From NCBI GenBank assembly GCA_963823555.1, contig CAWGMA010000003.1, positions 227,614 through 291,613 of the forward strand: DNA of 64,000 bases, given 5' to 3'. The notes below the pieces were generated by a model. That model had not been told where the DNA came from, did no database searches, and was given only the letters and a program-made list of their open reading frames with translations. Position 1 is the stretch's first letter. Each line of letters opens with the position of its first letter. The position numbers and the translations under genes are program-made. The stretch is from Candidatus Eiseniibacteriota bacterium. GTDB lineage: Bacteria; Eisenbacteria; RBG-16-71-46; CAVPCR01. Shown in pieces: positions 38,396 through 48,010 of the stretch.

Positions 38396-39260
38396 CCCTT
38401 CCAGGTTCAGCGGCGAGGATCTCCTCGGCCACGGCGGCCCAGCCGCGCGGGCCCGGCGCCGGGGCGACCGGAGCCCGGGGGAGGCCGCGTCGGAGGTAGG
38501 GATCGGGCTTCCCGTCCGGATGCGGCACGATGACCGGCCGGTCGACGGCGCGGAGGAGGGCGAGATCATGGGGGCCATCGCCCAGCCCCACCGTCACGAA
38601 CGGACCGTGAGCGCGGGTGAGCCAGCGCATGACGATGCGCGCCGCGTGCCCCTTGTCGGTGCGCCCGTGCAGGTGGTTCATGATCGCGCCGCGGGTGATC
38701 GCAAGCCCGCGGTCGGCCAGAAGGAGGCGAATGGCCTTCCGGTGCGGGCGCGGATCACGCAGGAAGACGAAGGGTTCATCGAACTCGCGGCGCCGCGATC
38801 GCGTCACCGCTGCGGGCTTGAGCCCGGTCCAGGCCAGCACTTCGCGCCGGGTCATGTCGGTGAAACCGCGGACTCCGCCCGGCATCAAGCGCTCGATGGC
38901 GGCGAGCCCGGCGCGTACCTCGTCGATGCCGGCGGCCAGCGGGACGAGCAGCCCGTCGCGCGTGCGGGAGCCGCGACCCGCCGGGACGGGCAGCGTCCCC
39001 ACCGGGACCACCACGGCGCCCCCGCTTTCGATGATCGCTGGGAGACGGAGGCCGAGCTCCTCGCGGAGAACGCGTACCTCCGCCCGGGTCTTGCTCGTGC
39101 AGAGGATGATCGGGATCCCACTCCGGGCGAGCCGGCGGGCGGCAACGCGCGCCGGGCCGAGGCGATAGGTGCGGGCATCGAGGAGGCAGCCATCGACATC
39201 GGTGATCACGGCCAGGCGTGCCCCGGCGGGGAGCGGACGCAGGAGGCGGGAGTTCCCCAT
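38373..39260 (-). CDS. HAD-IIB phosphatase, mannosyl-/glucosyl-3-phosphoglycerate phosphatase family
   Basis: HAD motif I is VITDVDGCLLD. It also contains IPIILCTSKT and a C-terminal GLGDGPHDLALL. Its 3' end overlaps the convergent uup-like gene by 23 nt. Confidence 0.65.
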   Translation of the reverse strand: MGNSRLLRPLPAGARLAVITDVDGCLLDARTYRLGPARVAARRLARSGIPIILCTSKTRAEVRVLREELGLRLPAIIESGGAVVVPVGTLPVPAGRGSRTRDGLLVPLAAGIDEVRAGLAAIERLMPGGVRGFTDMTRREVLAWTGLKPAAVTRSRRREFDEPFVFLRDPRPHRKAIRLLLADRGLAITRGAIMNHLHGRTDKGHAARIVMRWLTRAHGPFVTVGLGDGPHDLALLRAVDRPVIVPHPDGKPDPYLRRGLPRAPVAPAPGPRGWAAVAEEILAAEPGRVTARRRP

Positions 39261-39275
39261 CTCACCCGCTCGTCT

Positions 39276-40529
39276 TTAGACCGAGGGGATGAGAGTGTCC
39301 CAGTGCTCGAGGCGCTGGATGAGATAGGGCTTCTCGTGCTCGAAGATCTCGGCCTGCCGCTCGACGATCTCATCGGCCTCGGCCGTCGTCATGTCCGCGG
39401 TCTCGATCATGTAGGAGGCGATGCGGCCGTAGTAGATGGGCGTCATCGTCTCGATGAGCTTGTAGCGGTCGCGCGACCAGCGCAAGTAGCTGTAGGCGAA
39501 GTCGTACACCATGTGGGACCAGGTCTGCGCATCGAAGGACGCCTCCGGCGCCTGATGGGAAGCGAGCTCGGCCAGGCGGTCGTAGGTCTCGGGGGCGAGG
39601 ATCTCGCGCCACAGTGGGCTGAAGTGCTCGAAGCCAGCCCGGAAGTTGGTGTGCATGCGATCGATGGCCGGCGTGATCGGCGGCGGCTCGACCTCGGCGG
39701 GAGTGCCGAGGAGCGGGATCGGCTCCGAGCCCTGGACCCGCCGCCAGGTGGTCTCGTAGCGCGGCATCATGCCGAACAGCGTGCCGACCACCTGCCGGAA
39801 CATGGGCCCGAGGTGCAGCGCCGGGTCCTTGGGGTCATGGATCTTGGCGCCGAGGTGCGCCTCGCAGACGCGGAAGCCCTCGTTGATGGCGACCGTGGTC
39901 ATCCAGATGTCGACGCCGAACTTGGCGACATCGGAATCCCAGACATCGGCATGGGTGAAGAACTCGATCATCGGCCGCGAGAAGGCGAAATCGCCGCCGA
40001 TCGGTTGCCGCACGCGTTTGCCGTAGAGCGCACGGGTCATGGCATAGGCGATGTGATTGGTGATCGTGCCGTCGTACTTGTGCCGGATGTAATAGGGGCT
40101 CGCAAAGTCATACCCCTGGTTGAGCACCGGTTCGATGAGCGCCGGCACCCATTCCGGGGTAATGCTGCGGAGATCCGAGTCGAAGACGGCGCAGGCCTTG
40201 ACCCCCAGCCGCTCGCCGGCCTGGAACACGGCCCTGAGTGCCGTGCCCTTGCCGCCGATGCCGCGGTAGATGGCGACGATCTTGGGGACCTTCGGCGACT
40301 TGGTCTTCTGGGCGAGCTCGCGCGTGTAATCGAGAGATCCGCCGTCGGAGACGTAGAGCACGCAGCGGCGATCCGGGTAATAGCGCTCGAGCCCGGCATA
40401 GACCGCGCTCATCACCGTGACAATGGACTCTTCGCTGTTGTAGGCGGGGATGCCGACGAGGAGGTCCGCAGCGCCGATCTCGGCGATCTTGCTCAGGACG
40501 TACTCACGCAGGGCGGTATCGAACTTCAT
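39276..40529 (-). CDS. GT-A fold glycosyltransferase, probable glucosyl(-3-phospho)glycerate synthase type
   Basis: Contains VGIPAYNSEESI, VSDGGSLD and VFDSDL (a DxD-like motif). It is ~400 aa and adjacent to the MPGP-family phosphatase. The specific product is inferred from context. Confidence 0.5.
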   Translation of the reverse strand: MKFDTALREYVLSKIAEIGAADLLVGIPAYNSEESIVTVMSAVYAGLERYYPDRRCVLYVSDGGSLDYTRELAQKTKSPKVPKIVAIYRGIGGKGTALRAVFQAGERLGVKACAVFDSDLRSITPEWVPALIEPVLNQGYDFASPYYIRHKYDGTITNHIAYAMTRALYGKRVRQPIGGDFAFSRPMIEFFTHADVWDSDVAKFGVDIWMTTVAINEGFRVCEAHLGAKIHDPKDPALHLGPMFRQVVGTLFGMMPRYETTWRRVQGSEPIPLLGTPAEVEPPPITPAIDRMHTNFRAGFEHFSPLWREILAPETYDRLAELASHQAPEASFDAQTWSHMVYDFAYSYLRWSRDRYKLIETMTPIYYGRIASYMIETADMTTAEADEIVERQAEIFEHEKPYLIQRLEHWDTLIPSV

Positions 40530-40641
40530 GGCGATGATCTCTCTCTGACGACATGATGAGTGTCATACGCTAACATGACCTTACCTGCCACGAAGCCTGC
40601 GGTCAATCGCCGGGGATCGGGAGCCGAGGAGGGGGCTCGAG

Positions 40642-42018
40642 ATGATGTCGCCTCATGCCGGTGCGGTAGAAGATTCCAGAGCCGCCGCCCGCGTGATCTG
40701 GGAGGCGGCGCTCGCGGCTGTGCAGCCGCATCGCCTCGTCGAGCGCGCGCTCGCCGTCGACAACGAGGCGATCGTCGTGGGCGGGAAGCGCGAGCCGCTC
40801 GTCCCGGGCGGCCGCCTTCGCCTGCTTGCGCTCGGCAAGGCGGCGCCGGCGCTGGCCCAGGCGGTCGCAACACGTCTCGATGATCGCCACGCGGACGGAC
40901 TCGTCATCACCAAGGAAGGGCATGCGCGTGGTCCCATGCCGCCGCGTGTGGAAGTGGTCGAGGCGGGGCATCCGCTCCCCGATGCGCGCAGCGTTCGCGC
41001 CGGCGCGCGCGTGATCGAGTTCCTCGGCGGCGGGCGGGCTGATGATCTCGTTCTCGTTCTCGTCACCGGTGGGGCCTCCGCGCTCGTCTGCGTGCCGCGT
41101 CCGCCGCTCACGCTGGATGCGATCGAGGCGGTGACGGCGCTCCTGCTCCGGAGCGGAGCCGATATCGACGAGCTCAACACGGTGCGGAAGCACATGGACC
41201 TGGTGAAGGGTGGGGGGCTCCTCCGGATGGCGGCGCCGGCCCGCGTCGTGGCGCTCCTGATCTCGGATGTGATCGGCGACTCGCCGGCGACGATCGGGAG
41301 CGGGGTCGCTGCCGCCGATCCGACGACGTTTGCCGCCGCGCTCGCCATTCTCGATCGTCGCGCCGGCGGGGCGCCCGCCGCGGTGCGGGATCTCTTCGCG
41401 CGCGGCGCGCGCGGCGAGGAAGCCGAGACCCTCAAGCCGGCGGATGCGCTGGCATCCCGCGCTCGGAGCCACATTCTCGGCAGCGGCGCCATGGCCGCCG
41501 AGGCGGCGGCGGAGAAGGCGGCGGAGCTCGGGTTCCGATCGCTCGTCCTCTCGACCGAGGTCGCCGGCGAAGCGCGGGAGGTGGGACGGATGATGGCGGC
41601 CCAGGCGCGCGCGATCCGTGGCGCCGGCGATCCAGCGCCGCCCGTCGCGCTCATCTGGGCGGGCGAGACCACGGTCACCGTGCGCGGCGCGGGGCGCGGT
41701 GGGCGGAACCAGGAACTCGCGCTCGCGGCCGCCATGGTCCTCGACGGGGTGCGGGATATCTGCCTCGCCGCGCTCGGCACCGACGGCACCGATGGGCCGA
41801 CCGACGCCGCCGGCGCGCTCGTCGATGGATCGACGGCTCGCGCCGCCCGGGAGGCAGGTCTCGACCTCGCCGCCGCGCTCGAGCGCAACGACTCCTATCC
41901 CACGCTCGATGCACTCCACTGTCTGATCCGCACCGGGCCCACCGGGACTCACGTCAACGATCTCGGCCTCGCCCTGATCGGGGCCGGCGGGACCGGGGCC
42001 GGTGCCGGGGCGGGCTAG
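40642..42018 (+). CDS. glycerate 2-kinase / hydroxypyruvate reductase family (DUF4147 + MOFRL)
   Basis: Contains LLALGKAAPAMA-like LLALGKAAPALAQA, LVTGGASAL, GRGGRNQELALA and GTDGTDGPTDAAGA. Confidence 0.75.
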   Translation: MMSPHAGAVEDSRAAARVIWEAALAAVQPHRLVERALAVDNEAIVVGGKREPLVPGGRLRLLALGKAAPALAQAVATRLDDRHADGLVITKEGHARGPMPPRVEVVEAGHPLPDARSVRAGARVIEFLGGGRADDLVLVLVTGGASALVCVPRPPLTLDAIEAVTALLLRSGADIDELNTVRKHMDLVKGGGLLRMAAPARVVALLISDVIGDSPATIGSGVAAADPTTFAAALAILDRRAGGAPAAVRDLFARGARGEEAETLKPADALASRARSHILGSGAMAAEAAAEKAAELGFRSLVLSTEVAGEAREVGRMMAAQARAIRGAGDPAPPVALIWAGETTVTVRGAGRGGRNQELALAAAMVLDGVRDICLAALGTDGTDGPTDAAGALVDGSTARAAREAGLDLAAALERNDSYPTLDALHCLIRTGPTGTHVNDLGLALIGAGGTGAGAGAG

Positions 42019-42105
42019 CGCCCGCAGCGCGCGAAACTCGTCTATGCTCTCGCTCGCTGGCCGGGCCGGCGTCCCTCGCCGCCCCGATGGATACCGAGGG
42101 CCCTG

Positions 42106-44082
42106 ATGCTCGCTCCCTTTCTCCGCGATCTCGCCGTTCTCCTCGCCCTGGGCGTGGTCGTGGTGCTCCTCTTCCATCGCCTGCGCCTGCCGGCGATCGT
42201 CGGCTTCCTCCTTGCCGGCGTCCTCGCCGGTCCTCATGGGCTCGGGCTCATCCGGCACGCCGAGCAGGTGGAGAGCCTCGCCGAGGTCGGGGTCATCGTC
42301 CTCATGTTCACGATCGGGCTCGAGTTCTCCCTGGGCGAGCTCCGGCGTCTGCGCTCGATCGCGCTCACCGCGGGGACCGTGCAGGTGGGGGTGACCATCG
42401 CGCTCACCGCCGCCGCCGCGATGTCGTTCCTCGGCATGACGCTCCGCGAAGGGATCTTCGCCGGCATGCTGGTCGCTCTCAGCTCGACCGCCATCGTCTT
42501 GAAGCTCCTTAGCGATCGTGGCGAGATCGACGCCCCGCACGGGCGCATCGCCGTCGCCATCCTCATCTTCCAGGATCTGTGCGTGGTCCCGATGATGCTC
42601 GTGACCCCGCTCCTGGCCGGCGGGAAGACCGAGGTGACGCGGCTCCTCCTGGTTCTCGGGCAGGCGGTGCTCGTCATCTTCTTCACCGTGGTCCTCTCCC
42701 GGCGGGTCGTGCCCCGACTGCTCGCGGTCGCGGCCAACACCCGGAGCCGGGAGGTCTTCGTCCTTTCCGTCATCCTCGTCTGCATCGGCACGGCCTGGAT
42801 CTCTCAGCGCATCGGTCTCTCGCTCGCTCTCGGCGCCTTCATCGCCGGGCTCGTGATCTCGGAATCCGAGTACAGCCACCAGGCCCTGAGCGATGTGCTG
42901 CCATTCCGTGACACGCTGGCGAGCGTCTTCTTCCTCTCCGCCGGCATGTTGCTCAACCTGCGTGTGATCGCCGCCGCTCCCCTCTTCATGTTGATCTTCG
43001 TCCTCGCGGTGGTGCTGCTCAAGGCGATCGTGACCGGGTTCGCGGTATTCCTTCTCCTGCGCTATCCGCAGCGCGTGGGGCTCGTCGCGAGCCTGGGGCT
43101 GGCCCAGGTCGGGGAGTTCTCCTTCGTCCTCGCCGCCGTCGGATTCGGCTATGGACTCACTCCCGAGCATCTCCGGCAGCCGATCCTGGCCTCGGCGGTC
43201 CTCAGCATGATGGCGACACCCTTCCTCCTGAGCGGCGGGGTGAAGCTGGCCGGGCTGTTCGCCCGCCGCCATGCCGAGGGCGATGGGTCCGCCGACGCCA
43301 GGGTCCGGGCGCATTCCCCGGACGAGCTCCAGGATCACACGATCATCATCGGCTTCGGGCTCAACGGCCGGAACCTGGCCCATGTGCTCGAGGAGGCGGA
43401 CATCCGCTATGTCGTCGTCGAGATGAATGCGCAGACGGTAGCCGCCGAGCGCCAGCGCGACGTGCCGATCGTGTACGGAGATGCCTGCCAGGCCTCGGTC
43501 CTCGAGGGCATCAACGTGCGCCAGGCGAGAGTGATCGTGATCGCGATCTCGGACCCGGCGGCGACTCGCCGCATCACCGAGCTGGCACGGCGCCTGAATC
43601 CGCAGGCGGACGTCATCGTTCGCACGCGCTACTTCCAGGAGGTGGAGCCGCTCGCGGTGGCCGGGGCCAGCGAGGTGGTGCCGGAGGAGTTCGAGACCTC
43701 GATCGAGATCTTCTCGCGCGTCCTACGCCACTACATGGTGCCGGGGGATGTCATCGAGGAGCTGAGCAGCGCCATCCGGCAGGATGCCTACGTCATGCTC
43801 CGCTATCGCGATCTGCCGGGCGTGAGCCTCATCGGCAACCTGGCGGGGATCAAGACCGAGATCGTGCGCGTCGAGCGCGAGTCCCCGGTGGCGGGAATGA
43901 CGCTCGCCGAGAGCCAGATCCGGAGCCGCACCGGGGCTGCGGTGGCCGCCGTCAAGCGCGGCGCCGAGGCGATCTCGAACCCGCCGCCCGACACGCGGCT
44001 CGAGGTGGGCGATGTCGTTCTGCTCCTCGGCACCAAGGATCAGGTCGCGGCCGGCGAGGCGCTCCTGCGCGGAGTGACCTGA
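42106..44082 (+). CDS. CPA2 family cation:proton antiporter with TrkA-N and TrkA-C (RCK) domains
   Basis: A polytopic Na_H_exchanger N-terminal part is followed by HTIIIGFGLNGRNLA (a Rossmann GxGxxG) and a C-terminal RCK_C part (VERESPVAGMTLAE...GDVVLLLG). Confidence 0.8.
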   Translation: MLAPFLRDLAVLLALGVVVVLLFHRLRLPAIVGFLLAGVLAGPHGLGLIRHAEQVESLAEVGVIVLMFTIGLEFSLGELRRLRSIALTAGTVQVGVTIALTAAAAMSFLGMTLREGIFAGMLVALSSTAIVLKLLSDRGEIDAPHGRIAVAILIFQDLCVVPMMLVTPLLAGGKTEVTRLLLVLGQAVLVIFFTVVLSRRVVPRLLAVAANTRSREVFVLSVILVCIGTAWISQRIGLSLALGAFIAGLVISESEYSHQALSDVLPFRDTLASVFFLSAGMLLNLRVIAAAPLFMLIFVLAVVLLKAIVTGFAVFLLLRYPQRVGLVASLGLAQVGEFSFVLAAVGFGYGLTPEHLRQPILASAVLSMMATPFLLSGGVKLAGLFARRHAEGDGSADARVRAHSPDELQDHTIIIGFGLNGRNLAHVLEEADIRYVVVEMNAQTVAAERQRDVPIVYGDACQASVLEGINVRQARVIVIAISDPAATRRITELARRLNPQADVIVRTRYFQEVEPLAVAGASEVVPEEFETSIEIFSRVLRHYMVPGDVIEELSSAIRQDAYVMLRYRDLPGVSLIGNLAGIKTEIVRVERESPVAGMTLAESQIRSRTGAAVAAVKRGAEAISNPPPDTRLEVGDVVLLLGTKDQVAAGEALLRGVT

Positions 44083-45015
44083 TTACTGCGGCTCGCCGGA
44101 TCCGGAATGCATCTCCGCTCCCGGATGCGCCGCCTGGACCGCTTCGGCGAGCCGGGTGCCGGCGAGCATCGCCGCGATGCGCCCGAATCCCGGGAGGCAG
44201 GCTTCGAGGTGGTTTCGCTCGCACTCGAAGACGACGGCGCGCAGGTTGGGGGTGCGCGGTACCACATGCTCGAAGATCTGCCAGGTGTCGGGGAGGACGT
44301 CGACATTGTGGTCGTCCTCGAGGAAGCGGAAGCCGGCGACCTCGCTCTCGCTGGCGCCGGCCACGTGGAGCTCGGTCACGCGCTCCAGGGGAAAGCCGTC
44401 GAGGGCGGTGAGCGGCGGGTGACCCTTGGCGCGCTGATAGATGGCGAGATGGGCGCAGTCGAGGAGCATCCCGGTGTCGGCGAGGTCGATGACGCGCGCA
44501 AAGTAGTCGAGCAGGTGCAGATCACCGAGGTAGACCATGCCCGAGGGATTCTCCGGTAGCACCTCGAGGCCCGAGGCGTTACGCAGGCGCACGATCCCCG
44601 CCGCCGCGGCCCGCGCCGAATCCTCCGACAGCACGGGCGGCAGGAGCAGCATGTGTCCGCGCTCGCGCGAGCCGGAGTGCCAGAGCCCGGCATCTCCGCA
44701 CATCCAGGACGGGCGGATCCAGGCAGCGATCGCCCGCACCTCGGCGATCCAGGCGTCGTCGAAATCCTCCGGCTCGTCGAGGTTGACGTCCAGGAGGCGG
44801 TAGGTCGTGGGCCAGCCGCGTTCGACCCAGGCGCTGGCGTGACGATCGAGCCCCTTCGCGACCTCGATGCCGATCTCGAGGAAGCGCGCGTAGGCAGGAT
44901 ACCGCTCGCGGAGCGCAATCGGGTCGAGGGCGCTTGCGGTGTCGCCGGCCCCGTATTCCGTCGACACCCCGAGTCCGAGCCGCGGCAGCCGGCTTACTTG
45001 GGACAGGAAACTCAT
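44083..45015 (-). CDS. DUF692 / UPF0276 family protein (MbnB/TglH/HvfB-type TIM-barrel iron enzyme family)
   Basis: Contains LGLGVSTEY, FLEIGIE, VLPENPSGMVYLGDLHLLDY, LLDCAHLAIY, ELHVAG and DDHNVDV. The first ATG is at 45015; the track uses the GTG at 45054. Its stop abuts the Kef stop with zero spacer. Confidence 0.65.
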   Translation of the reverse strand: MSFLSQVSRLPRLGLGVSTEYGAGDTASALDPIALRERYPAYARFLEIGIEVAKGLDRHASAWVERGWPTTYRLLDVNLDEPEDFDDAWIAEVRAIAAWIRPSWMCGDAGLWHSGSRERGHMLLLPPVLSEDSARAAAAGIVRLRNASGLEVLPENPSGMVYLGDLHLLDYFARVIDLADTGMLLDCAHLAIYQRAKGHPPLTALDGFPLERVTELHVAGASESEVAGFRFLEDDHNVDVLPDTWQIFEHVVPRTPNLRAVVFECERNHLEACLPGFGRIAAMLAGTRLAEAVQAAHPGAEMHSGSGEPQ

Positions 45016-45140
45016 GGCCGTCTCCGATCCTCGCGGATCAAGGGATTGTCGCACGGGCGGCGGATCCTCGCCACCCGCCGCCGGCTCCTGCCCATGGTAT
45101 GCTCGGCCGCGGACGTCTCCCCGCGGTGCTGCGAGCCGTC

Positions 45141-46406
45141 ATGCCGTATCCCATCGATTCCATCGTCATCGGGCTCATCCAGGCGCTTGCCATCGGCTTC
45201 CTGATCGGCGCCGAGCGCGAGAGCCGGGGCATGGACGCCGCACGGGCCGCTGCCCCCGGGCTCCGCGATTTCATCTTCATCGCCATCTCCGGCAGCGTCG
45301 CCGGTTTCCTCGAGTCGGTGCCCATCACCGCCATCTCGTTCGCCGCCATGGTCGTGATCATCGCGGTTCGTCGCATCAAGGATCGCACCGAGCACGGGAT
45401 CACGACCGAGCTCGCCGCGCTCCTGACCTTCTGGCTCGGGTTCATGACGCAGCAGTCCGATCTCGGCCTCCTCGCCCTGGGCGTGGCCGTCGGCGTCACC
45501 ATCATCTTGATGGTGAAGGCTCCGGTCACCCATCTCGTGCGCGATGTCATCTCCAAGGTCGAGTTCTACGACACGGTCAAGTTCCTGGCCATCGTCTTCA
45601 TCGTCTATCCCCTGCTGCCGGAAGGCGAGTACGGCCCCTACGGCTTCTTCGCGCCGCGGACCATCTGGAAGTTCGTGATCCTGGTGTCTTCCGTCTCCTA
45701 TGTCGGGTACTTCCTCACCCGATTCCTGGGCGGGTCCCGGGGCCTCCTCCTGACCGGGATCATGGGTGCGGTCGCCTCCACCACGGCCACCACCACGGCT
45801 TTCGCCGAGGGCGCGCGCGAGGAGCCCGAGCGCTGGCGGGAATACGCCTGGGCCGCGATCATCTCGAACGCCGTCCAGTTTCCGCGCGTGGCGGTGATCA
45901 TCTACGCCATGAACCAGGAGATGGCCCTCCGCGCCCTGAGGCCGCTCATGGCGATGTTCGCCGCTGGCCTCGTGATCGGCTGGTGGGTGGCGCGCCGGGT
46001 GCGGCGGACGGGCCCCGAGGGGGCAGCCGGGGCACGCCCCATCCTGCGCAACCCGTTCTCGCTCCGGCCTGCCCTCCAGTTCGGCCTCATCTTCACCGTG
46101 ATCCTCTTCATCTCGAAGGTCGCGGCCGCCCGCTTCGGTGCCAGCGGCGCGTTGACCTCGAGCCTGGTCGCCGGACTCATCGACGTCGATGCCATCTCGA
46201 TCTCGCTCGCCAATCTGGTCAAGCAAGGTCAACTGGGAATGGCGGCGGGTCTCCTGTCGGTGCTCGCCGCCCTTCTCGCCAACGCCGTCTTCAAGACCGG
46301 CTTCGGCTTTGCCGCCGGCGGGACACGATTCGGCAGAACCCTCCTCCTGGCGTTCCTCGGCATGTTCGCCGTCGGCCTCGGAGTCATCGTCCTCGTTGCA
46401 GCGTGA
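45141..46406 (+). CDS. MgtC/SapB + DUF4010 family membrane protein
   Basis: Trimmed to MPYPIDSIVIGLIQALAIGFLIGAERE (an MgtC-type N-terminus). It is a polytopic protein of about 420 aa. Confidence 0.65.
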   Translation: MPYPIDSIVIGLIQALAIGFLIGAERESRGMDAARAAAPGLRDFIFIAISGSVAGFLESVPITAISFAAMVVIIAVRRIKDRTEHGITTELAALLTFWLGFMTQQSDLGLLALGVAVGVTIILMVKAPVTHLVRDVISKVEFYDTVKFLAIVFIVYPLLPEGEYGPYGFFAPRTIWKFVILVSSVSYVGYFLTRFLGGSRGLLLTGIMGAVASTTATTTAFAEGAREEPERWREYAWAAIISNAVQFPRVAVIIYAMNQEMALRALRPLMAMFAAGLVIGWWVARRVRRTGPEGAAGARPILRNPFSLRPALQFGLIFTVILFISKVAAARFGASGALTSSLVAGLIDVDAISISLANLVKQGQLGMAAGLLSVLAALLANAVFKTGFGFAAGGTRFGRTLLLAFLGMFAVGLGVIVLVAA

Positions 46407-46444
46407 GCGACGCCGGGCGCGAACCGGTGTATGATGCCAGGGCG

Positions 46445-48010
46445 ATGAAGCCATCGACTGCCAGACCCCGATGTCCCGCGCCACTCGTCGCCGCGGGTTC
46501 GAGCTTTCTTCTCCTCATCTCCCTCCTTGTCTCTGATCCGCTGCTCGCAGGTGTTCCCGATGATCTCGTCAAGGAGATCAAGCTGCCCAACGGCATGCGC
46601 TTCCTCTTCGTCGAGCGCCACCAGTCACCGACCGTGGCGGCCTTCATCGCCTTCCGGGTGGGGAGCGCCGACGAGCCGCGCGGCGCGACCGGCATGGCGC
46701 ATTTTCTCGAGCACATGCAGTTCAAGGGCACCGCGCGCCTGGGCACCGCCGACTGGGGCGCCGAGAAGGAGACGCTCGCGGCGATCGAGCGCGCCATGGA
46801 TGCGATCGATGCCGAGCAGGATCGGCTTCTTGCCACGAATCCGCCGGGGGTGCTGGCGGCCCCCGATCCACCGACGAGCCCGGAGCTCGAGCGCTTGACC
46901 GCCGAGGCCGAACGGCTAGAGGCGGAAATGCGGCAACATGTCATCAAGAACGAGATCTGGGGCACCTACGATCGCCATGGCGGCAGCATCAAGAACGCCT
47001 TCACCGGTCGCGACATGACCGGATACTATGTCGTCCTGCCCTCGAACCAGCTCGAGGTGTGGGCGATGATCGAAGCCGAGCGCCTCACCGGGTCCGTGCT
47101 CCGCGAGTTCTACTCGGAGCGGAGCGTGGTCCAGGAGGAGCGCCGCCGCTCCCGGGAGTCGACACCGGAGGGAATGCTCTCCGAGGCCCTGGCCGCGACC
47201 GCGTTCACCGTGCATCCCTACGGGAACCCGGTCATCGGCTGGATGAGCGATCTCGAGCATCTCAGGCGCGATCAGGTGCTCGAGTTCTACCGGACCTTCT
47301 ATCAGCCGGCGAATGCCGTGGGCATTCTCGTCGGGGACTTCGCCCCGGAGGCCGCCGAGGCCCTGGTGCGCAAGCACTTCGGACGCATCGAATCGCGCCC
47401 GGTGGCGCGACCGCGGCGCCCCGCGGAACCGCCGCTCCAGGGCCGCCGTGAGCGCCTGGTCGAGTTCGACGCGGAGCCACAGCTAACCCTCGCCTACCGT
47501 GTTCCCAGTTTCCATCATCCGGACTTTCCAGCCCTCGATGTGCTGACCACGGTGCTCGGCGACGGGCGCACCTCCCGGCTCCGGAAGCGGCTCATTCTCA
47601 CCGAGCAGGCGGCGCGCTACGCCCGGGCGGATCTCGAGCTGGGCATCGATCCCGGGCTCCTCGAGGTTGCGCTCCAGCCGCTGGCCGGGCGCTCGCTCAC
47701 CGAGGTCGAGGCCATGGCGCGCGAGGAGATGGCGCGCCTCGCCCAGGCGCCGGCCTCGCCCGACGAGCTTGCGGCCGTGCGCAAGCGAATGCGCGCGAGC
47801 CTCGTCTACCGGTTCGAGTCGAACATCTCCTTCGCGCGGTGGCTTGCGCAGAACGAGTGCATGGCCGGGAGCTGGCGCGCCGGTTACGAGTACGTGGATC
47901 GGATCGACGCCGTCACGGCGGATGACGTGATGCGCGTGGCAGCCGAATACCTGACGCCGCGGAACGAGATCCGCGTCGAGCTCAGGCGACCGGAGGAGGG
48001 GGAGCCATGA
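46445..48010 (+). CDS. M16 (pitrilysin) family zinc peptidase, catalytic-type subunit
   Basis: Trimmed from the 1023-aa track ORF to MKPSTARPRCPAPLVAAGSSFLLLISLL (signal peptide). It carries the inverted zinc motif HFLEH in GMAHFLEHMQFKG. Confidence 0.8.
   Translation: MKPSTARPRCPAPLVAAGSSFLLLISLLVSDPLLAGVPDDLVKEIKLPNGMRFLFVERHQSPTVAAFIAFRVGSADEPRGATGMAHFLEHMQFKGTARLGTADWGAEKETLAAIERAMDAIDAEQDRLLATNPPGVLAAPDPPTSPELERLTAEAERLEAEMRQHVIKNEIWGTYDRHGGSIKNAFTGRDMTGYYVVLPSNQLEVWAMIEAERLTGSVLREFYSERSVVQEERRRSRESTPEGMLSEALAATAFTVHPYGNPVIGWMSDLEHLRRDQVLEFYRTFYQPANAVGILVGDFAPEAAEALVRKHFGRIESRPVARPRRPAEPPLQGRRERLVEFDAEPQLTLAYRVPSFHHPDFPALDVLTTVLGDGRTSRLRKRLILTEQAARYARADLELGIDPGLLEVALQPLAGRSLTEVEAMAREEMARLAQAPASPDELAAVRKRMRASLVYRFESNISFARWLAQNECMAGSWRAGYEYVDRIDAVTADDVMRVAAEYLTPRNEIRVELRRPEEGEP

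Noticed and set aside
38346-40556. 736-aa plus-strand ORF
   Set aside because: It lies antisense to the HAD phosphatase and the glycosyltransferase. It has no motifs and shadow-frame composition.
40603-43383. 926-aa minus-strand ORF
   Set aside because: It lies antisense to the glycerate kinase and Kef antiporter genes, both of which have clear motifs. Its product is dominated by R/G/D/E/H/P runs.
44939-48010. 1023-aa ORF read as one protein
   Set aside because: Its first ~500 codons are an off-frame P/R/G-rich overlap of the DUF4010 gene. The real gene starts at the internal ATG 46445, with a signal peptide followed by the M16 HxxEH motif.
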